A stretch of 40,043 bases of DNA from a virus. Its lineage: Duplodnaviria > Caudoviricetes. Where the stretch lies: the IMG/VR virus record IMGVR_UViG_3300034079_000006, positions 1-40,043 of that record. One strand, written 5' to 3'. The notes under the pieces are model-generated. The model saw only the letters and a list, made by a program, of their open reading frames with translations, was not told the origin of the DNA and made no database searches. The translations under genes were made by a program, and so were the position numbers. Below are positions 33,867 to 40,043 of the stretch, in pieces (positions within the stretch are counted from its first letter, which is position 1; every line of letters starts with the position of its first letter).

Positions 33867-34724
33867 ATGAACGCAGTAGTAGAACTTAAACCGTCCGGTG
33901 CGCTGGCACATACGCAAAACTCTGGCCGAATGGCGGTAGCTGACATCATCCAACACGTCGCAGTAGTCCAAGAGGTTATGCGCGCGGTGATGAAACCAGA
34001 CGTGCATTACGGCACGATCCCAGGTACGCCAAAGCCAACACTCTACAAAGCTGGTGCCGAAGTGCTTTGCATGGTATTTCGTGTCGCTGACACCTACGAA
34101 GTAACTGACCTGTCCACCGCCGACACCGTGCGCTACCGGGTCAACTGCATCGGCACGCATCAGGTAAGCGGCGTGGTTCTTGGCTCTGGTCTTGGTGAGG
34201 CTTCCAGCGGCGAAGAAAAGTACAAATGGCGCAAGGCTATTTGCAAGGAAGAATTTGACGAGACGCCAGCCAATATGCGCCGGGTCAAGCACGCACGCGG
34301 CAAGGGCGGGACAACCTACAAACAAGATCAGATCCGCACCGAGCCTGCCGACTTGGCAAATACCATCCTGAAGATGGCCAACAAACGAGCAAAGATGGCA
34401 ATGGTGCTGAATGTCACCGCTGCCAGCGACTGCTTTAGCCAAGACCTTGAAGACATGGACGCTGCTCTGGTGGACCACCTGACAAGGCATGAGGGCGATG
34501 TACCGACTGATCAAGGAGAGCCAGCTGCCAAAACATTGCCACCCTACTCCGACGCCGACTTCGAGAAGAACCTGCCGGCCTGGCGCAAGCTGATCGAGTC
34601 TGGTAAGAAGACGGCCGAGGCGATTATCAGAAACGTCAGCCTTGTCGCTGTCATGAGTGAAGAGCAGAAGGCCATGGTTTTGGCTACAAAAAGTAACACG
34701 ATAGAAATGGAGCAAGCAGCATGA
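33867..34724 (+). CDS. Putative single-strand annealing / recombination protein
   Basis: HYGTIPGTPKPTLYKAGAE...NTILKMANKRA...FSQDLED; coupled to the YqaJ-type exonuclease. Confidence 0.6.
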   Translation: MNAVVELKPSGALAHTQNSGRMAVADIIQHVAVVQEVMRAVMKPDVHYGTIPGTPKPTLYKAGAEVLCMVFRVADTYEVTDLSTADTVRYRVNCIGTHQVSGVVLGSGLGEASSGEEKYKWRKAICKEEFDETPANMRRVKHARGKGGTTYKQDQIRTEPADLANTILKMANKRAKMAMVLNVTAASDCFSQDLEDMDAALVDHLTRHEGDVPTDQGEPAAKTLPPYSDADFEKNLPAWRKLIESGKKTAEAIIRNVSLVAVMSEEQKAMVLATKSNTIEMEQAA

Positions 34725-36487
34725 TTACCCATGACGACCTGGTTCAAGGCGAAGATAACTGGCACGAATTCCGACTTACCCACCGGGGCGCCAGCGAAGC
34801 GGCTGCCATGCTTGGATTATCTAAGAAGGTACGGCGTACCGAGTTGCTGCACATGAAGCACACCGGAAACGCCAAAGAATTTAGCGACTGGGTGCAAGAG
34901 CATATCCTTGACCATGGCCATGAAGCTGAAGCGCTGGCGCGGCCCATCATGAATCGCATCCTTGGCGATGACCTCTACCCTGTAACTTGTTCCGATGGCT
35001 TGCTATCAGCCTCTTGTGATGGCCTGGTCATGGCAGAGACGCGAGGCTGGGAACACAAGCAATGGAATTCCGAACTCGCCGCCGCAGTGTCAGCAAAGGA
35101 ATTACCTGACGAATTCATGGCCCAGCCGCAGCAGTGTCTGATGGTCACTGGAGCCGAAAGCTGGACCTTCACTGTTTCTGATGGCACCGAAGAAAATATG
35201 GTGTCCATGGAAATACTGCCTGACCCAGTATGGTTCGAGCGCATCCGCGCGGGCTGGGCACAGTTCGAGATTGACCTGGCCGAATACGTCCCATCTGAAG
35301 TGGTCATCGCCCCGATTGCCAAGCCGCAGATGTCGCTGCCCGCCGTATCCATCCAGGTAAACGGCAGCATTGCATTGGTGGACAACCTGCAGGCATTTGG
35401 TGCCGCTCTGACTGCTTATGTCGAGCGCATCAACAAAGAGCCCGAAACCGATCAAGACTTTGCCGACCTTGAGGCCACGGTGAAGACACTCAAAGCCGCT
35501 GAGGAAGCCCTGGACGCCGCAGAGAATGGCGCCCTGGCGCAGACCGAAAGCATTGACAGCATGCGCCGCACCGTGGGCCTGTACCGCGACACCGCGCGCA
35601 CCAATCGGCTGCTGGTAACACAGTTGGTCAAAGTCGAGAAAGAAAACCGGAGAACCAAAATCATCGGTGACGCCGTGGCCGAGCTGGTAACGCACACCGC
35701 GAAGTTGACGCAACGCATTGGCAAGCCCTACCTGCCCACCATTGCAGGGGATTTTCAGGGTGTTATCAAGGGACTGAAAAGCATTGACTCCATGCGGGAC
35801 AAAGTGGCTAGTGAACTGGCGCGTTGCAAGATCGAAGCCAATGCCAAAGCTGATCTGATCCAAGCGAACCTGACGACGCTGCGCGAGTTGGCCAGTGAAC
35901 ACACGTTCCTGTTTGCCGACACATCGGCGATTGTTCTCAAGGCCAATGACGATTTGACCGCGCTGGTGAAGTCGCGTATTTCCGATCACCAGGCGTCCGA
36001 AGCCGCGCGCATTGCCACAGAAACCTCACGTATCGCGGAACAGGAACGGGTAAAGGCCGAAGCCGCGGCCACCGCCCGCGCCAATGCTGAGATTGCAGCA
36101 GCTACCGCAGCAGCGCAAGCCGAATCTGCCCGGAGCATCGCCGAAGTCATTGCCAAGGCGGCGGAGGCAGAGTTGACGCTGGCCACCGCGCCACCATGCC
36201 ATCAAACTATCGTGCCAGTGCTCAGCGAGAAGACCGTTGCAGACCGGAACGCTGTCGAATTTATTAACAAGATCGAAGCAAAGACACCGCCCAGCATGTC
36301 GCTCGGTGAAATCTCAACGCGCCTCGGGTTCAACGTCACATCAGTGTTTCTGGCAACGCTCGGGTTTGAAGCCACGAACGTGAAAGCCGCGAAGTTGTTT
36401 CATGAGGAAGACTTTCCGGCTATCTGCCGAGCATTGATTGAGCACATTGCCGAAGTGTCGGAACAGTACGACGCTGTTTCGGCCTGA
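34721..36487 (+). CDS. YqaJ / lambda-exonuclease-family nuclease with a long helical C-terminal region
   Basis: QGEDNWHEFR...ASEAAAMLG...GHEAEALAR...SASCDG...WEHK...QPQQCL. Confidence 0.88.
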   Translation: MITHDDLVQGEDNWHEFRLTHRGASEAAAMLGLSKKVRRTELLHMKHTGNAKEFSDWVQEHILDHGHEAEALARPIMNRILGDDLYPVTCSDGLLSASCDGLVMAETRGWEHKQWNSELAAAVSAKELPDEFMAQPQQCLMVTGAESWTFTVSDGTEENMVSMEILPDPVWFERIRAGWAQFEIDLAEYVPSEVVIAPIAKPQMSLPAVSIQVNGSIALVDNLQAFGAALTAYVERINKEPETDQDFADLEATVKTLKAAEEALDAAENGALAQTESIDSMRRTVGLYRDTARTNRLLVTQLVKVEKENRRTKIIGDAVAELVTHTAKLTQRIGKPYLPTIAGDFQGVIKGLKSIDSMRDKVASELARCKIEANAKADLIQANLTTLRELASEHTFLFADTSAIVLKANDDLTALVKSRISDHQASEAARIATETSRIAEQERVKAEAAATARANAEIAAATAAAQAESARSIAEVIAKAAEAELTLATAPPCHQTIVPVLSEKTVADRNAVEFINKIEAKTPPSMSLGEISTRLGFNVTSVFLATLGFEATNVKAAKLFHEEDFPAICRALIEHIAEVSEQYDAVSA

Positions 36488-36499
36488 CGGAGAAACAAT

Positions 36500-36928
36500 A
36501 TGGGATACACAACAAAATTTACTGGGCACATAGCACTATCGCGGGCACTGACAATTCAAGAAGCCAAGCAACTGCTTGAGTTCAACGAAGACCCTGACTT
36601 AATCCAGGATGGCGTACACCCGGAGCGAAGTTATTTGCAGTGGGTTCCGTCTGAATCACTCGATGCCATCGTCTGGGATCAAAACGAGAAGTTCTATGAT
36701 TACGAGGCTTGGCTTTATTGGTTGCTTGAATGGCTTGGCACACGCGGCGTTAATGGTAGCGGGAAACTCAACTGGCGCGGAGAATGTCAGGATGACATTG
36801 GCCGAATCACTGTTATTGACAGCATTGTTTCGGTAGAAAAAGGAGCGAAGCAGACGCCAAGCAACCACAAACCAATGACGTTAGACAGACTTGCCCGCAT
36901 GGCGCTTGACGCAGCAACTTCTTCCTAG
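36500..36928 (+). CDS. Hypothetical protein
   Basis: MGYTTKFTG...EKFYDYEAWL; GGAG RBS. Confidence 0.8.
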   Translation: MGYTTKFTGHIALSRALTIQEAKQLLEFNEDPDLIQDGVHPERSYLQWVPSESLDAIVWDQNEKFYDYEAWLYWLLEWLGTRGVNGSGKLNWRGECQDDIGRITVIDSIVSVEKGAKQTPSNHKPMTLDRLARMALDAATSS

Positions 36929-36941
36929 CCGCTCAAAAAAG

Positions 36942-37418
36942 ATGACCACCATGCAATTCCAAACCCACTGGCAACCCGCCTACACCCCGCCCGGATTCAT
37001 GCATGTCCCCGAGCGCATCAAGCAAACAGCGAAATCCAGATTGTTTGAATATCTCGAAAAGCACGGCGCGCGGGCGAAAGACGACATCCTGAAAGACACC
37101 GGCTTGACCGAAGCACAATTGCGGCACTCAATTGCCGCGCTGCGTGGACAAGTGGAATTTGAGCAGTCAGGCAATGGGAAAACAAGAACTTGTTTGTACT
37201 GGCTGACTGGCAACCCGCCGCCGACTGAAAAACGCTGCGCATCGCACCGGGTGTATGAGTGGTACAAGTCAAACCCGTGGCGGCCAGCTGCTGACATACC
37301 AAGCGATATTTACTCAGTTGGCGGGCATAAACACGGTTGCGTGTGCATGCTGGAGAAACTTGGCCGATTAACCAGCCGCGTGAAAAACGGCAAGAAACAA
37401 TACAAGGCGGTGGTATGA
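36942..37418 (+). CDS. Hypothetical protein with possible winged-helix domains
   Basis: LFEYLEKHG...DILKDTGLTEAQLRHSIAAL pattern. Confidence 0.6.
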   Translation: MTTMQFQTHWQPAYTPPGFMHVPERIKQTAKSRLFEYLEKHGARAKDDILKDTGLTEAQLRHSIAALRGQVEFEQSGNGKTRTCLYWLTGNPPPTEKRCASHRVYEWYKSNPWRPAADIPSDIYSVGGHKHGCVCMLEKLGRLTSRVKNGKKQYKAVV

Positions 37419-37759
37419 ACGATCTTGAAATCAGCAAAGCCCTGGCGCTGGCTATTGGGTGGGTTGAAAACAAGTTGGATGAAAACGGCTGCAACGATTC
37501 TGATATTGCGGTGTTTGGTGACTTTGACAAAGAAGACGAACTCAAGGTGTGGAACGGTGAATGCTGGCGCACATTCGACTACCGCGACCCTGCTGTGATC
37601 TGGCCTATTGCGGCGAAGTACAACGCTTTCCCTGTGTTATTTGACGGGAATCAAATTTGGTACGCAAACGCATGGAATGGGACAACTCTTCGTGAGGAGT
37701 GGTCATATACCCCAGAAAAAGCAGTCGCACTTGCAGTCATCAACAGGAACAAGCCATGA
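37415..37759 (+). CDS. NinX-like hypothetical protein
   Basis: MNDLEISKALALAIGW...FDYRDPAVIWPIAAKY...TPEKAVALAVI. Confidence 0.65.
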   Translation: MNDLEISKALALAIGWVENKLDENGCNDSDIAVFGDFDKEDELKVWNGECWRTFDYRDPAVIWPIAAKYNAFPVLFDGNQIWYANAWNGTTLREEWSYTPEKAVALAVINRNKP

Positions 37760-37899
37760 ACGATTACACCAAAGGCACTCTGCGCAAAAAAGAAGAACCC
37801 GAAGAAACGCACTGGCTCTGGGAAGCAGTCGGAGCCATGCTGGCACTGGCTGCGCTGTCAACGCTTGGTGCTTGGATTGCTGAGAGGTTGATGTCATGA
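37756..37899 (+). CDS. Small membrane protein
   Basis: 47 aa with a TM helix; ATGA-coupled. Confidence 0.55.
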   Translation: MNDYTKGTLRKKEEPEETHWLWEAVGAMLALAALSTLGAWIAERLMS

Positions 37900-38150
37900 A
37901 ACAACCTAAAGCATTACGGCTATCTGGTATGGCGTGGATTGCACGCGGAAAAGATTGGCATGTAGAAGCCGACGCCGAGCTTCGCCGCCTGCATGAAGTG
38001 AATCAGGAACTGCTTGATGCGCTGAAAGAAGCAGAACCAATGCTGGCAGCTATGTTTAACCACATTGTTACAAATCTTGGTGGCAACTACACAATGACAG
38101 CATTGGATAGAGTCCGCGCAGTCATCACAAAAGCAGGCGGTGCAGCATGA
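37896..38150 (+). CDS. Hypothetical protein
   Basis: KQPKALRL...AELRRLHEVNQELLDALK motif. Confidence 0.7.
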   Translation: MKQPKALRLSGMAWIARGKDWHVEADAELRRLHEVNQELLDALKEAEPMLAAMFNHIVTNLGGNYTMTALDRVRAVITKAGGAA

Positions 38151-38230
38151 ACAGCCTAGGCGTACTCCTATCCCTGATCGCGCTGGCACTCGCGCTGTCC
38201 GTGTGGGCCTGTTGGAGGCTTGGGAAATGA
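38147..38230 (+). CDS. 27-aa hydrophobic peptide
   Basis: MNSLGVLLSLIALALALSVWACWRLGK; ATGA overlaps at both ends. Confidence 0.5.
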   Translation: MNSLGVLLSLIALALALSVWACWRLGK

Positions 38231-38394
38231 TTTGCCCAACATGCAAAGAGCCAGTCCTTTGCATTGAAACTCGGCAAAAGATCATTGGCGTCTATCGCAG
38301 ATACAAGTGCAAGACTTACAAAACGAAGCCGATCGTGACAATGGAGCGCGTTGTCCAGAAGAAATTATTTTTATGTACTAGGGTAAACACCTAG
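38227..38394 (+). CDS. Small zinc-ribbon-like protein
   Basis: MICPTC...ETR...YRRYKC...TMERV; GGAGG RBS. Confidence 0.6.
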   Translation: MICPTCKEPVLCIETRQKIIGVYRRYKCKTYKTKPIVTMERVVQKKLFLCTRVNT

Positions 38395-38414
38395 TTCACA
38401 AAGTCAATAGGTGC

Positions 38415-38444
38415 TTGCATTGTCTGATTGTTGCGCTCTATAAT
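38415..38444 (+). promoter_or_regulatory. Second early sigma70 promoter
   Basis: TTGCAT - 18 bp - TATAAT in the intergenic gap. Confidence 0.65.
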
Positions 38445-38464
38445 TTATCATCGCAACACAACTG

Positions 38465-38671
38465 GTGAAACAAATGCTGAACTCAAAAGAACACTATGAA
38501 TTACTGGCTCAGTTCGAAAAAGATTGCAAGGGATTTGGCTCTTTCGACAAAGAGCAAAAAGCAGACTGGGTGCGAGGAATCATTTACCAAGATGGCCATG
38601 TAAATAACTTTTTCAAGGTGTACCGCCAAGGGTATGCGCTTGGTAAATGTGTGGAGCGGCAAGAAGCATGA
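38465..38671 (+). CDS. Hypothetical protein
   Basis: 68-aa ORF directly downstream of the promoter. Confidence 0.7.
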   Translation: MKQMLNSKEHYELLAQFEKDCKGFGSFDKEQKADWVRGIIYQDGHVNNFFKVYRQGYALGKCVERQEA

Positions 38672-38829
38672 GAGGCGGTAAACGACCAGGCGCAGGAAGG
38701 CCCAAAGCAGCGCCTACAGCGGTCATTCGCATCAGGCTACCGCTGCCAGTACACGCCAAGGTGAAAGATCGTGGTGGCGACATTTGGGTGAAGCGGATCA
38801 TTAACGAACAACTTCAAGGATTGAAATGA
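38668..38829 (+). CDS. Small DNA-binding protein (AT-hook-like plus ribbon-helix-helix-like)
   Basis: MRGGKRPGAGRPK...VIRIRLP...GGDIWVKRII. Confidence 0.7.
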   Translation: MRGGKRPGAGRPKAAPTAVIRIRLPLPVHAKVKDRGGDIWVKRIINEQLQGLK

Positions 38830-39075
38830 AACACACCGAAGCAGCCTATGCTGCACTGATTAAACCTTTTGAAAGTGCATCATGAAAACAACGGAAAATG
38901 AAAAACCGAAATGCACCGTGAAAGGCTCTCTGCATGACGGTCGTGCAATGTGCGGATATGTGATTGTCGGTGGTGTGTTCTGCTCACTGAAACAAGGTGA
39001 ATGCAACCTTCAAGCAGACTAAAAACCAGCCGCAGCGAATGGCGTACAGGCTGCCGCTGCAATAGGAGAAGCACT

Positions 39076-39468
39076 GTGACCACACCATTCCCCAAAGAAC
39101 TTGCAATGTTCGCATCCAGCGGAAAGCAACTGGATGATCTGCTTGATATTGTGCGGTCCTACGGTGCTGCTGAATACAAGCGCGGAACAGAAGCCATGCA
39201 AGCAGTGACAGCAGAGCGTGATCAACTGGCAGCGGCACTGGAAGCGACAACGCTAAAGTAGGCTGAACTGACGGGTGAGGTTTACACACTGCGCATGGAG
39301 CTTGGCGACTTGCCACAAGCACAGGCTGACATGCTGGCGACGATCAAAGCACAGCGCACAGTGCTGGAGCAGGCGCTGGAGGCTTTGACGTACCAAGGAA
39401 ATATGGGGCCGACTCGCAGACAACGCAGAGTAGCAACCATCACCGCAATACAAGGAGTTTTGAAATGA
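39076..39468 (+). pseudogene. Hypothetical coiled-coil protein interrupted by an in-frame TAG at 39259-39261
   Basis: AGGAG RBS plus GTG start; frame continues 68 codons after the TAG to an ATGA overlap with the next gene. Confidence 0.65.
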
Positions 39469-39641
39469 GAGCACTGATCTGGAAATTCAAGTACACACGT
39501 CACATGCAAAGACGCGCCAATTGCTCATTTGGTTTTGCGTGGGCAAACGCAGACGCATGGGTGGAGGCATTTGGAATGGACGACACGCCAAGTAACGCCG
39601 CCGAAGAAGAAATGTCAAACTGGGATGGAGAAGGGCTATGA
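39465..39641 (+). CDS. Small hypothetical protein (58 aa)
   Basis: MRALIWKFKYTRHMQRR...AAEEEMSNWDGEGL; AGGAG RBS; ATGA-coupled. Confidence 0.65.
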   Translation: MRALIWKFKYTRHMQRRANCSFGFAWANADAWVEAFGMDDTPSNAAEEEMSNWDGEGL

Positions 39642-40043
39642 ACACAATCGAACAAGCGCGGGAAGTGTCGGCACGGTTGCACGATTTACTGGGTGACTGG
39701 ACTGTAGCGTGTGAGGCAGCAGACACCCTTGATGCCCTGATTGCAGAGCTTGCTGAAACCGTCGTAGACCGTGACGAGTGGAAGGATGAAGCTCTTAGCG
39801 CACAAGAGCGATTTAAACGGGCTGAGGCAGAGATTGCCGCGCTCAAGGCGCAGGAGCCAGCATACTTGATTCAGTCGGATGGCCGCTGTTTTGCTTACTG
39901 TGGGAAAAAGCCGCTTGGGCCAGGCCATGCTGATGCCACACTATTAAAACTATATCTCGCAGCAGGTGCACAAGGCATCCCAGAGGGCTATCAACTGGTG
40001 CCTATGGAGCCGACGCAGGAAATGCTGACTGCCGGGCACCAGT
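39638..40043 (+). CDS. 5' part of the 165-aa hypothetical protein that continues across the junction to position 219
   Basis: MNTIEQAREVSARLHDLLG...LKAQEP...; open to the end of the window and in frame with position 1. Confidence 0.8.
   Translation, partial: MNTIEQAREVSARLHDLLGDWTVACEAADTLDALIAELAETVVDRDEWKDEALSAQERFKRAEAEIAALKAQEPAYLIQSDGRCFAYCGKKPLGPGHADATLLKLYLAAGAQGIPEGYQLVPMEPTQEMLTAGHQ
39917..40043. repeat. Second copy of the 127-bp terminal repeat
   Basis: Identical to 1-127. Confidence 0.95.

Noticed and set aside
35102-35989. 295-aa antisense ORF and other long antisense ORFs over structural genes
   Set aside because: Shadow frames of well-supported genes on the opposite strand; no RBS, motif or operon context
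39259-39261. Genome-wide stop-codon reassignment
   Set aside because: The two interrupting stops differ (TAG and TAA); TAG, TAA and TGA all end normal genes here (e.g. terL ends in TAG); long core genes are uninterrupted; no suppressor tRNA seen

Overview
The window is an apparently complete, circularly permuted genome of a P22-like (short-tailed) dsDNA phage of 39,916 bp. Bases 1-127 are identical to 39917-40043 and an ORF reads through the junction. The minus strand carries, from a divergent sigma70 promoter pair at ~30.55 kb: a cro-like gene, replication and nin-type genes with two DNA methyltransferases, terminase, portal, scaffold, P22-type coat, tail and ejection proteins, a tailspike, and a lysis cassette. 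The plus strand carries the early accessory and recombination genes. The phage looks like a former temperate phage that has lost lysogeny: no CI-type repressor is visible, the excisionase is fused by deletion to a C-terminal integrase stub, and a decayed tRNA-Cys-type attP core remains. The most striking observation is the first early gene (30838-31779), which looks like a miniature bacterial ice-nucleation protein (InaZ-like N-domain, 16 octapeptide TxT repeats, InaZ-like C-domain) behind a structured 5' leader. Other notable items: a two-frame (alpha/beta) C5 methyltransferase with an HNH gene nested inside it, where a duplicated segment has split its two reading-frame functions between the copies; a cupin-SET-domain fusion in the tail/ejection module; and a free-standing GIY-YIG endonuclease with an RBS-occluding hairpin. 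All family assignments come from motif recognition by eye; no database searches were run.
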